Notes under the pieces: model-generated | Database searches by the model: none | What the model saw: the letters and a program-made list of their open reading frames with translations, nothing else | What the model was told of the DNA's origin: nothing | Source: a virus | Lineage: Duplodnaviria > Caudoviricetes | DNA length: 38,984 nt | Reading direction: 5' to 3' (one strand) | IMG/VR virus record: IMGVR_UViG_3300016472_000307 | Span: 1-38,984 of that record | Shown here: one piece after another, positions 26,433-36,900 of the stretch | Layout: every line of letters starts with the position of its first letter | Numbering within the stretch: position 1 is the stretch's first letter | Made by a program: the position numbers and the translations under genes

Positions 26433-29400
26433 ATGTTTTGTAAAAAAACCACATTAAAAAATAATTCATTAAAAATTAGTGTTATAAGTTACAGTAGATG
26501 TTCTGATAACCTGACAATTGAAAATCAGTTAGTAAATCCAGGTGATAGTGTTAATATTTGGTATATTGATGGAACACTAAAAACGGCCGAAGAACAACAA
26601 GTTTTAACTAATACTGATTTTTTTCCACCTTTTACCGCCTCTAGAACTGCATTACCTCTGCCAACACCAAACCAAACACCAGTAAACACTCAAACACCAA
26701 CAAACACTAAAACACCAACAAAAACTCAAACACCAACAAACACTGTTACGTCAACACCACCAGTTTCAGGTACTAATTTTGCAACACCAACACCAACAAA
26801 AACTGTTGCGCCAACAAAAACTGTTACGCCAACAAACACTGTTACGTCAACACCGCTAGTTTCAGGTACTAATTTTGTAACACCAACACCAACACCAACA
26901 AAAACTGTTACGCCAACAAAAACTGTTACGCCAACGCCAACAAGTAGTGGGTCTACTCGAACATTTAGGTCAAAGTGGGTTACTGAAGACTCAAATCAAA
27001 TAATTTATTTACCACTTGTAAGTGATGGTGACTATAATTTTAATGTCAATTGGGGGGACAATTCCGTAGATACCATCACCAATCACACTCAAAATTCTCA
27101 CACATATACAAATCCAGGTGTGTACACAATTTCAATCACTGGGACTATAAAAGGCTGGAGTTTTTTATCGGCGAGTACAAGCAATATATCTATCGTGGAG
27201 GTTTTAGAATGGGGGCCGTTACAAATTAATAATGGGTCGACTCAAATTATCGGAGCCTTTTCTAGTTGTAGAAGATGTGAATTTTCAGGAGTCACTGATG
27301 TTTTAAATATGAATGGAGTAACTAAATGTGATTCGTGGTTTGCTAATTGTTTTGAAGAGTCTAGAACAAACGAAGTCCAGAATTCAGGGTTAATTAACAA
27401 TATTGGCCAATGGGACATGAAGGATGTAACAAGTATGAGAGGTATGTTTCAAGGTTCTAATTATTTTAATGATTCAGAAATTGGAAATTGGAATGTATCT
27501 AATGTTACTGATTTATTTTTGTTTTTAGGACGTTTTGGTAGTGCCCCCTCTGGGTTGAGCGTCTATCCAATTTTTAATCAATCATTAAATAATTGGAATG
27601 TAAGTAATGTTACAAATATACAGAATATGTTTATTAATTGTCCTGATTTTAATCAACCATTAGATAATTGGAATGTATGTAATGTAACTGGAGCAACAGG
27701 CTTTTTGAATATTCAACCAAATCGTATTTCATCGGGTGGTACATTCAATCAAAACTTAAGTAATTGGAAAATGCCATTAATTCAGTCAAGGCCTATAAAT
27801 TTCGGGACAAATCAGCCGTCTTTGAGTGCTACAACAAATAATCAAAATTTACCAAAATTTGGTACATGTTGTATCAATACATATAATATCCTTCAAGATT
27901 GTTGTTCTAAACAACAACAGAACAACTATCCCCCTACTTACTTGAGTATTGTTAAAACAGACGAGATAAATCAGATAGGTTATGGAATTATTCATAATAA
28001 TATTTATTGGGAAGTAATAAGAACATCTTGCATAAGTAGTGGTACTACTATTGATTATTTAGGCGGATTTACGGGGCCTAATTATTGTAATGATTTGAAT
28101 CCATCAGCAATACCAAACTATTGTCCAAATAGTATAACACAAACACCGTCAAATACACCTACAATAACACCAACACCAACACCCACTAAATTACCTAATG
28201 GTACACCGCCACCAACACCAGACGTAACAAATACACCAACCCTTACTAATACTATAACACCAACAAACGCATTTAATGCCGGCTCATTTGTGTTTGATAT
28301 TAAAACAACTCAACAAAACACCCTTTTTGTTCTTCCTTTAGTCATTAATGGTCTTTATGATTTTAGTGTAAATTGGGGGGATGGGTCGCAAATAGAAACT
28401 ATACAAACTGCCTCTAGCCCACGCTCACACTCGTATGCGTCTTCCGGAGTTTTTCGAATAATAATAAATGGAAATCTTCAGGGCTTTAGTTTTGATAATA
28501 GTCCATCTGCTCAATATTTAGAAAATATAGTACAATGGGGGTCGGTTAATTTGTTTTCTGTTAATAATACTAATATTGATTCTCAATTTCGAGGGTGTAT
28601 TAATTTAAAGACTATTAATTGCCCAGATACCCCCCGAATTTTGGGAACTAACCTGAGCCTGAGAAATGTATTCAATAATTGTGCTTCGCTTACCACAATT
28701 AATAGATTGAATGACTGGAATGTAAGTGGCGTAACAAATATGCAGAATATGTTTGGCCTGTGTACAAATTTCAACTCACCATTAAATAGCTGGAATGTGA
28801 GTAATGTTACAAATATGTCTTATATGTTTGCGAGTTGTCGTAACTTCAATCAACCATTAAGTAATTGGAATGTGAGTAATGTGACAAATATGACTCAGAT
28901 GTTTGCGAGTTGTAGTAACTTCAATCAACCATTAAATAATTGGAATGTGAGTAATGTGACAAATATGTCTGATATGTTTAATAGATGTTCACGCTTCAAC
29001 CAACCATTAAGTGGTTGGAATGTGTGTAATGTTATAAATATGTTTAATATGTTTGGATATTGTGAGGTATATGACCAAAACATTTCGACTTGGAAATTAC
29101 CAAATATATCAACAAAACCATCAGGATTTGACACTAATACACCAGTATCTTGGGACTCGAGTGAAAAACCTCAATGGGGAGTAAGTTGTAGTGGGCCTGT
29201 TAATCCAGTAACAACTGGTTTTATAACTAGTAGTATAGATAATATAAGTGGAAACGTTGGAGACGTTGTTGAGTTGTCGGTATTTATTATTATACCACCA
29301 AACACAACCTTGAGTGCGTTTGATATAGTAATTGATTTTGATTCGGAAAGTTTATCTGGAGCTACTTTTCCAAATTCAATAACTTCAACAGCTTTTTGGT

Positions 29401-29705
29401 GGAACAATGGACAGGGCTTGGCTAATATTGCAACACCTCAAACCACTCCACTCCCTAATGGCCAATTTACTTCACCAACTAGAAAACAATTCTTATCTAA
29501 TTGGGTTAATGTGAATCCAGCCACTAACTATAATGGTGTTTTATTTAAAATTTATTTTAAAATTCTACGACCAGGACTTCATATTTTAACTTTTTATGCC
29601 CCACAAAATTATGGTACAAACTTTATTTATGGTACAAACTTTAGTGATGAATATGGAGATCCTTTAACGTTTAATCTTAATGATGGTAGTATAACAGGTA
29701 CCTAA
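26433..29705 (+). CDS. Large modular surface-type protein: PT linkers, two PKD-like + DUF285/BspA-like LRR blocks, C-terminal cohesin-like domain
   Basis: Two VNWGD...HTY...GV..I.I.G segments; 25-aa FNQPLNNWNVSNVTNM..MF repeats; C-terminal GNVGDVVELSV...FD...LFKIYFKI...DGSI. Confidence 0.8.
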   Translation: MFCKKTTLKNNSLKISVISYSRCSDNLTIENQLVNPGDSVNIWYIDGTLKTAEEQQVLTNTDFFPPFTASRTALPLPTPNQTPVNTQTPTNTKTPTKTQTPTNTVTSTPPVSGTNFATPTPTKTVAPTKTVTPTNTVTSTPLVSGTNFVTPTPTPTKTVTPTKTVTPTPTSSGSTRTFRSKWVTEDSNQIIYLPLVSDGDYNFNVNWGDNSVDTITNHTQNSHTYTNPGVYTISITGTIKGWSFLSASTSNISIVEVLEWGPLQINNGSTQIIGAFSSCRRCEFSGVTDVLNMNGVTKCDSWFANCFEESRTNEVQNSGLINNIGQWDMKDVTSMRGMFQGSNYFNDSEIGNWNVSNVTDLFLFLGRFGSAPSGLSVYPIFNQSLNNWNVSNVTNIQNMFINCPDFNQPLDNWNVCNVTGATGFLNIQPNRISSGGTFNQNLSNWKMPLIQSRPINFGTNQPSLSATTNNQNLPKFGTCCINTYNILQDCCSKQQQNNYPPTYLSIVKTDEINQIGYGIIHNNIYWEVIRTSCISSGTTIDYLGGFTGPNYCNDLNPSAIPNYCPNSITQTPSNTPTITPTPTPTKLPNGTPPPTPDVTNTPTLTNTITPTNAFNAGSFVFDIKTTQQNTLFVLPLVINGLYDFSVNWGDGSQIETIQTASSPRSHSYASSGVFRIIINGNLQGFSFDNSPSAQYLENIVQWGSVNLFSVNNTNIDSQFRGCINLKTINCPDTPRILGTNLSLRNVFNNCASLTTINRLNDWNVSGVTNMQNMFGLCTNFNSPLNSWNVSNVTNMSYMFASCRNFNQPLSNWNVSNVTNMTQMFASCSNFNQPLNNWNVSNVTNMSDMFNRCSRFNQPLSGWNVCNVINMFNMFGYCEVYDQNISTWKLPNISTKPSGFDTNTPVSWDSSEKPQWGVSCSGPVNPVTTGFITSSIDNISGNVGDVVELSVFIIIPPNTTLSAFDIVIDFDSESLSGATFPNSITSTAFWWNNGQGLANIATPQTTPLPNGQFTSPTRKQFLSNWVNVNPATNYNGVLFKIYFKILRPGLHILTFYAPQNYGTNFIYGTNFSDEYGDPLTFNLNDGSITGT
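26733..26935. repeat. ~96-bp coding duplication with nested 18-bp and 6-bp units (PT linker)
   Basis: CCAACAAACACTGTTACGTCAACACC...GTTTCAGGTACTAATTTTG... occurs twice, with nested CCAACAAAAACTGTT(A/G)CG units. Confidence 0.85.
28715..29050. repeat. 75-bp coding repeats (DUF285/BspA-like units)
   Basis: TGGAATGTGAGTAATGT.ACAAATATG...AACTTCAATCAACCATTAA recurs at 75-nt spacing. Confidence 0.9.
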
Positions 29706-29711
29706 AAACTT

Positions 29712-30827
29712 ATGACTATTATAAAAGAACCAGAAAGAAGTAAAATTTACAAGAGAATTTATAATCTCTTGGGTGCTCCGTTACGTTCCGTAGAATTGAC
29801 AGATGAAATGATGGATTCACTAATGGAACTTTCAATTGGAGATTATACTCAATATGTTCAAGATTGGTTAATAGAATCACAGTGGACTTCATTGTATGGT
29901 CTGAATTTAGATACACAATCCGTCGCAAATGCGCTTGTGAGAAGATCATTGGATTGGGAAACTCAATATACCTATGCCTACTCAAAAATTGTTGGGCTTC
30001 AAAACTCAGGACCTTGGGTACTTAAAAAAGATTATTTTCAGTTACAACAAAATCAACAAATCTATGAAATACCAGCAGGAAGAGAACTCAATGAATTACT
30101 TTGGTTTTCACCATCTGAACAAAATAGTATATTCTTTGACCCATGGTCTTTTGGAGCTCTTGGAGGACCTGGTATAGGTGGGCCTGGTGGATTTGCTCAA
30201 CCTGGATGGGGAGGAGGAGGATATTTCTTTTTTTCATCATATGATGTTTTAGCTAGACTTCAAGACATCAATATCAAACGTAGGTTAATACAACCTGATG
30301 TACAATACAGAGTCACGGCATTACCTGGGGGTAAAAAAGCTGTAATGTTATACAACACACCTGGTGGAAAATTTGATTTTGGAAATTCGGAATTGATGAG
30401 AGGTAAAGTGTGGTACTGGTATTATGACACAAACGATGTTGATAGAGATCAGTGTCTAAAAGATAATCCAGACATTGTTAAATTACCTTCAGATATTCCA
30501 TTAGATGCGCTTTCTTGGCAGGATTTGAATGATCCTGCACAACAATGGGTCAGAAGATGGTTGACCGCCTATGCAAAAGAAACTTTAGCTAGAGTTAGGG
30601 GTAAATTTAGTGGAAACTTAAAAACACCCGATAGTGAATTACAAATGGACTACACCTCACTCTCTACCGAAGCAAAAGATGAAAAACAAATACTTTTAGA
30701 AGAATTAACAAAAAGGTTAGAAAGATTAAGACCTGAGTTTATAATGAAAAGAGAGTCTGAAATTGCTACAGATCTAAATACACAACTAAAGTTTAGAGCA
30801 TTTCCAATACCAATAACAACAGTTTAA
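29712..30827 (+). CDS. Putative neck / head-tail adaptor protein (T4 gp13-like)
   Basis: LGAPLRSVEL near the N-terminus and WVRRWLTAYAKETLARVRGKF...L.MD...L near the C-terminus. Confidence 0.65.
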   Translation: MTIIKEPERSKIYKRIYNLLGAPLRSVELTDEMMDSLMELSIGDYTQYVQDWLIESQWTSLYGLNLDTQSVANALVRRSLDWETQYTYAYSKIVGLQNSGPWVLKKDYFQLQQNQQIYEIPAGRELNELLWFSPSEQNSIFFDPWSFGALGGPGIGGPGGFAQPGWGGGGYFFFSSYDVLARLQDINIKRRLIQPDVQYRVTALPGGKKAVMLYNTPGGKFDFGNSELMRGKVWYWYYDTNDVDRDQCLKDNPDIVKLPSDIPLDALSWQDLNDPAQQWVRRWLTAYAKETLARVRGKFSGNLKTPDSELQMDYTSLSTEAKDEKQILLEELTKRLERLRPEFIMKRESEIATDLNTQLKFRAFPIPITTV

Positions 30828-30830
30828 AAT

Positions 30831-31166
30831 ATGGCCATTGTAAGATCGATACCTAGTGAAAAAATAATCAACGGTATACAAGTTAAAACTTCAGAATTAG
30901 CAGTTGTTTCAGAGGAAACATATACCACAAATGGTGAATATGCAATTGTGGTTAAAGATGTTAAAAATTCTACAATAAAACTAAATAGTCAAACCACGGA
31001 TAGAATTAAAATAAAAGCAATAACAAATGTCTTGATTATACCAGATAAAAATAAAATCGATGAACATTGGGACGAAATTCAAATAGAAAAAGGCGCCTGT
31101 ATTGAGTTAGTTTTCATATATCACAATTGGTACATACTTTCTTCTGATGGTGTTAAACTTTGGTGA
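30831..31166 (+). CDS. Hypothetical small beta-rich protein, possibly virion-associated
   Basis: 111 aa, starting 3 nt after the neck gene; its 3' end overlaps the polymerase 3' end by 46 nt. Confidence 0.6.
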   Translation: MAIVRSIPSEKIINGIQVKTSELAVVSEETYTTNGEYAIVVKDVKNSTIKLNSQTTDRIKIKAITNVLIIPDKNKIDEHWDEIQIEKGACIELVFIYHNWYILSSDGVKLW

Positions 31167-33877
31167 TGAATATAACTCTCCCATCCAATTTCTGCTAAAT
31201 CGTAGATATAGTTCGGATTCACTCCTCTTCTTTTCCAAAAAGAAATTTCCTGTTCAGTAATTTCTAATACATCTTTTTCTAAACTATCTTGATCTGTTTC
31301 ATTAAAAGGTTGACCATTTATTAGTTCACATTGAAGAGTTGTAAAATAATCTCGTTTTTCAGGATCGGTTATTAACAAGATATCTCGTACTTCTGGTTTG
31401 AAAACAACTAAAAGTGGTTCGATACGTTTGTTAAATACTGAAATAGCTCTAGGTACATTGTATTCACCTGTAAGGTTTGGATTATTGTCAATGTCATTTT
31501 GACTCACTAAATAACAATTCAATGTGATAGTATCTCCTTTTTTTACTACATCGCCCTGTGAAATCTTAGTTCCATTATTGACGTAATAAATAACATCTCC
31601 AAGATTGACATTCATATTATTTCGAATGACAAGTTCCATATGTGCTTGTCGAGACATAAGATTACCGGCCTTGGTTTTTTGTTTACACCTTTCCTCGTAT
31701 TCTTTAATACTCTGTTTTATTTTTCCTCTTTGTGCAATTTTAACGAGAGGTATTTCTTTGTTGTAAATCTTGGTAAGATACTCATAATAAAATTCAACAA
31801 AATCCTTACCTTTACCTTGTAGAAGTAATTTTATTCCTTTATCCAAAAAATCCTCAATATACCCTGGTAGTTTTTTGGATTTAATTGTATTTCCTACTAA
31901 TTTAATTTTACCTTTTTCAGTCAAAAGTGCATAGTTTTTTCTCGCAATATTAATACAACTCGGCCAGACACCATCATTATCTAAAGCCATTTCACCGCGC
32001 ATGAATATATCGTTGTATTCGGCAATGTCTGCCGCCGCTCCTTTATATTCCTTACCTTTTTTAACTTTCCAATTATTACCTCTACCAATGTAAACCCTGT
32101 CTTCAACACCTTTAGGTGCTGAGAAGTTGATACCATCGGTGTCCATGACGAGAGGTTCATACCCACGAGCCATAAAAAATTTTGTCATTTGACGTAGGTA
32201 TTGTCGTCCTGTACAAGTTATTTGTTCTCCCATATACATGTCACCCCAAGCGAAAACTTGAGGAGCTGACAGAGCTCCAAACATACTGTTGATGAATATT
32301 TTGATAGGTAATTGTTTTCTATCGTAAGATTTGGCTTTCTTAGAATCTGATTCTGAAAATTCTTCGGCAAGTTGTTTGTATAAAATACGAGTATCACGAA
32401 AATACTTTAGAAATCCTCTAAGAGCTCCTGTTACATCACAATCGGGAAAAACTTCGTGTACTAATTGAATGGACGGATAAAGTGAACTAAAGTCAAGTTT
32501 AAGAACATTTGTAGAATACCCAACCTTAATTAAACGTGACAAACCACCTACAAAATCTTTTTTCTCTTGTTTTTTAGGAATAGCAAGTTTGTGTTTATAA
32601 GACCAAGCAAGCATAATCATTTTCCACAAAGTTGCAGTGCCCATAGTTGATACTCTTTCATATGTGGTTGGAACCAATGATGCGAGCAGAAAAGAACCTT
32701 GATTAAACTCTTCATCCACTCGAAGCGTTTCATCCAAGTCATCGTCAAGATACATCTCAACGATTTTGTCACCTGTTACTTTTTCATAAACAGAAGGAAA
32801 TCTTTTATCCAAATTTTCGAATTCAGGAATGTCAGTTCTTTTATATTTCCCATTGTTAATATTCAACCAATATTCCTCTTTCTTTTCATACATCTTACCA
32901 ATGTTCTGATGGTCTATGTAAATACGATTTGGACTTTCTAATTCCAAGTATTGAGTAATGTATTTAAGACCCGCGCTTTTAATATTCGAATTGATCGCTT
33001 GAGCTCGTCTTACAGCGTGAAGTATATCTATCACATTATAACCCCACATACCAATTTGATTATATTTCTCTACCTCATTGGCTAATTTTAGTAATTGTTC
33101 TTTTTGTGAAAAATGTCTTTCTGGGTTTAAGGTTATACAAATTTTTTTCATATCTAACCCCAAAGCCTTTGACCGTTCGATGATCCAATGCCAGTCAAAG
33201 TTAAAACTATTATATCCAGCAATAATACTCGGATTTAGTTTATGAATTGTTCTAAAAAATTCAATCAATCCTTGTTTCTCTTGTTCTTCAGTAAGACATT
33301 CAATCACTTGATGAAAACCTTTGTTTGTTTTCATACCAATCATAAAAATACGGCCATCTTTTGGATCGAGCGAGGTAGTCTCTAAGTCAAATACAAATCG
33401 AGTAATATCATTGTATTCTTCATAACCTTTAAACAGTCTTTTTTCTTTTTGTATAAGATATTGCTCAACTGGTGGTAAGAGTAGAAATTGGTCTTTTGCC
33501 ACATCACTCCAAGGATCTATACCACCCTCACGAAAAAATTGAATTAAGTTTCTGTATCCTTTGAGTGATTTTACAATAAAAGTAAGACCTTGATTTAATC
33601 TTTCATTGTCATAAGTTTCTAATTTTTCAATCAGAATTTTATGTTTAGACATCGCTTCTTTTTGGTTGGTTTTAGATCCTTTGTAGAAATTTAAACTACG
33701 TAGATCACCAACCCAACAGAAAGGTATAAATGTATCTCTTACGATTTCTTTTCCCTTACCAGGGATTTCTTTAATCTTATAGATTTCTTCTGTAGCATAA
33801 TCGAATTCCAAAGCTACAATATACTGTTCTAGGTCATTGCCTTCTAAAAAACTTTTAATTTCGTCTTTAGTGATCAC
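31121..33877 (-). CDS. polB: Family B DNA polymerase with 3'-5' exonuclease
   Basis: Exo I FDLET, Exo II YNSFNFD, motif A DFSSLYPS, motif B KIFINSMFG, motif C DTDG; GTG start. Confidence 0.95.
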   Translation of the reverse strand: MITKDEIKSFLEGNDLEQYIVALEFDYATEEIYKIKEIPGKGKEIVRDTFIPFCWVGDLRSLNFYKGSKTNQKEAMSKHKILIEKLETYDNERLNQGLTFIVKSLKGYRNLIQFFREGGIDPWSDVAKDQFLLLPPVEQYLIQKEKRLFKGYEEYNDITRFVFDLETTSLDPKDGRIFMIGMKTNKGFHQVIECLTEEQEKQGLIEFFRTIHKLNPSIIAGYNSFNFDWHWIIERSKALGLDMKKICITLNPERHFSQKEQLLKLANEVEKYNQIGMWGYNVIDILHAVRRAQAINSNIKSAGLKYITQYLELESPNRIYIDHQNIGKMYEKKEEYWLNINNGKYKRTDIPEFENLDKRFPSVYEKVTGDKIVEMYLDDDLDETLRVDEEFNQGSFLLASLVPTTYERVSTMGTATLWKMIMLAWSYKHKLAIPKKQEKKDFVGGLSRLIKVGYSTNVLKLDFSSLYPSIQLVHEVFPDCDVTGALRGFLKYFRDTRILYKQLAEEFSESDSKKAKSYDRKQLPIKIFINSMFGALSAPQVFAWGDMYMGEQITCTGRQYLRQMTKFFMARGYEPLVMDTDGINFSAPKGVEDRVYIGRGNNWKVKKGKEYKGAAADIAEYNDIFMRGEMALDNDGVWPSCINIARKNYALLTEKGKIKLVGNTIKSKKLPGYIEDFLDKGIKLLLQGKGKDFVEFYYEYLTKIYNKEIPLVKIAQRGKIKQSIKEYEERCKQKTKAGNLMSRQAHMELVIRNNMNVNLGDVIYYVNNGTKISQGDVVKKGDTITLNCYLVSQNDIDNNPNLTGEYNVPRAISVFNKRIEPLLVVFKPEVRDILLITDPEKRDYFTTLQCELINGQPFNETDQDSLEKDVLEITEQEISFWKRRGVNPNYIYDLAEIGWESYIHHQSLTPSEESMYQL

Positions 33878-33918
33878 TTTGGTTAAAATTTATGTCACAA
33901 ATATACAAAAAAAAAGAA

Positions 33919-33954
33919 AAAAAAATACCCGTCTAGTAAAACGGGTATTTTTTT
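33919..33954. terminator. Intrinsic terminator, potentially bidirectional
   Basis: AAAAAAATACCCGT-ctagtaaa-ACGGGTATTTTTTT, directly after the stop of the 33961-38574 gene. Confidence 0.85.
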
Positions 33955-33960
33955 ATTTGG

Positions 33961-36900
33961 TTAACAACCAACACCACATTCAGTCACACCACTATCGCCT
34001 AGTTCGACCCAAACTGATTTAGGTAACCTTTGATACGTAAAACAATCAGTAGACAAACCAATTACGCTATAAATTTTAAGAGCAGAAATTGTAAAGTTTA
34101 AATTAGTAACTTTGTATTGTAAAATTTCTCCAGTACAACATTGATACCAAACAAATACGTTATTTCTACAAGCCTTATTATACTCAGTTGAATTTATAAA
34201 AAATTCAAAACATGTACATCCTGCCGCTCCACCAGATACCATAACTTCTGAAATTTCAGGTAGTATTGAAACCGAACCAAAACAAGCGGTTAAATTAAAT
34301 GGATTTGGGATTGGCTTATCAGAAGTAAGTGTCCAAGCACTCGGATCATTCAAAGTTAACATAGAATTATTAAAACAACTCGTCCAAGTTATTTCAAATG
34401 GAGCCTCACCAGCTGGTGGAGATAAAATCACATACTCAACACACTCACAGCCAGGGATTGTCGAAGACGGTGTTGGAGTTATGGTTCGTGTAGGAGAGAC
34501 AGTATTAGTTGGTGTCGGTTTTGGTGTCGAGCCTAAACTAGATGTTGGCGTTGCAGTTTGTGTCATTGTCGGTGTTACTGTAGGCGTTTGTGTAGACGTT
34601 GTGCTTGGTGTAGATGTTCTAGTTGGTGTAGGCGTTGGAGTCGATAGTAATGTCCTAGTTGGCGTCGGTGTCAAAGTTGCCGATAAACTAGAGCAATATG
34701 TTCCACAACCTTGGGAAATTTCAACAGAAAAACCACTAGGGCCTCCAGCTATAATAGACCATACTGGTGTAAACCTACTACAAACGGTAGCGATAGTTGA
34801 TCCTACAACTAACATCGTTATTGCTGAACCTGTATTACAATCAAAATATGTGTAAGTCACGATAGTCCCTGGAGTACCTCCAGACACTCTATAACTTGAG
34901 CATATCTGAACCGACCCAAAACAAGTTGAGGTTACTGTTGGTAAAGGAGTATTAGAATAAGTATTTGTTGGTGTTCTAGTCAAAGTAGGAGTTGGTGTAA
35001 AAGTATTCGTAGGTGTTTGTGTTGGACTACTATTTGGACTACTAGTTAAACTTAAGGTTGGGGTTGAGGATTTTGTAACAGTTTGTGTATTAGTATTTGT
35101 CATTGTCATAGTACTAGTTGGTGTAATTGCAGGTATAGGTGTACTAGATAATGTTGCATTTGGTGTAGGAGTTGGAGTTGCAAGTGGCACACATGGTACA
35201 CCAAAAGAAATCCATACATTTGGTTGAGCCGTAGGTGGTGTGAATATAAGAGTCAAATTTGTTACATTTCCTGTAAATTGAATTATACCAAATCCGTCAG
35301 CACCAAAAATAGTGTTTGTTAAAAAATTAAGAGTTAAATTGTCCAAACAATTGACATTAAAACCAACGTTGCTTGTTATAGATCCTTGTAACCCAAATGA
35401 ACCTAACCCCATAACAACCATTAAAGGATTTGCAACACTATTAGAAAATCTAATATTATATTCTCCACTATTAGTTAACTTCAAAAATTGTTGAGATTCA
35501 TTGGCCGGTTTCACTAAACAATTTAATTGAGTATAATTCGTTAATGGACCATCATAAGTTGCTGTCGCTGATAGACCTCTAATACTTATTGACGCTGTTA
35601 TTCCATTATTAAAGTCAACAAAACTTCCAGATAAGAAAGATGCCCACCTAACATTAGGAAAAGAACAATCACATCTTCCGACACAATTTTGTACACCACA
35701 AGCGGATAATCTTTCCCATGTGAAACCTGATGGACCATATAACCAAGTTGGCCCTGGTTCTTGCATACAAAATGTACTACCCGCACTAGAAATATTAAGA
35801 GCTACTGTTCTCTGTTGGCTAGAAGAACAATCTGTATAATTAAAGTAGTCATATGGAAAGGTATTTGTATAAACCAATGGATCACGTATGCCGAATGCCC
35901 AAGTATAACATGGACATAATTGACAATTAGGAGTAGAAGATAGTGTCGGAGTAGGAGTTGGTGGTAAGCTACATGGTACTCCCCAAACAAAACTAGTGTA
36001 AGTTGTATTTCCTGATAACTCTAGAGTAATAAAACTATATGTTCCAGTAAATTGAACAATTAAATAAGACTCCGCACCAGAGACACCATTACTAACAGAA
36101 GAAACAGGGTTTGCATTCCAACTAGTAGCTCCTACACATGAAACTGTAAATCCTGTAGAACCACTCATAATAGGTTCAGGGAAATCATAAGAACCTTTAA
36201 AAAATCTACATGTAGCATATGCGAAATTATTTCCTAAAGAATAAATGGCTAATTGTGGGTTTGTAAGTGCATTTGTGAAATGAAAAGTAACCATTCCGTC
36301 GCCAATTACTTGTAAACCATAGGTTGACGCAGGATTTTTATCTACACAATTTAAGTAGTCATAAGGATATTGACAATTACAGACACCCACAATACCACTT
36401 TCTAAGGAACTAACAGTTAATTGCAAACTACTATTTTGTGGTGTCTCCCACCAACCAGTACTAATATATGATCCATTTCTATAAAAATTCATTTGATCAT
36501 AACTAAACGAATATTCTCCCCAAGACACTCCACCACAAGATGTTGGTGTTGGTGTTGGTCTAGGAGTTCTTGTTGGTGTCACATTAATACAATTAAATGG
36601 TACAGTACAACCACTTATTTGCGGTAAATAAGCGGCATTATTTGGTAGGTATGAATATAAGTTACCATCTGTATCTAAATTTGCTGTTCCTACAATCCAA
36701 GTTTGAAAAAGATAATCACAAGTAGTCAAATCTATAAACTGACTATTACCACTATACGCGGCAATCAACTGAGGGGCTGTTTGTGATGCAACATATTTAA
36801 GATTCAAATTTCTATTTGAGACTGTCATTCCATTACACCAAGAAGATGGCGCTCCAGAATTAAAAGAATAGATATAAAATGGATTACATACTATACCAGT

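Noticed and set aside
31121-33877. Intein or intron in the polymerase (or helicase)
   Set aside because: Motifs are normally spaced in single ORFs, and I saw no intein splice or LAGLIDADG signatures.
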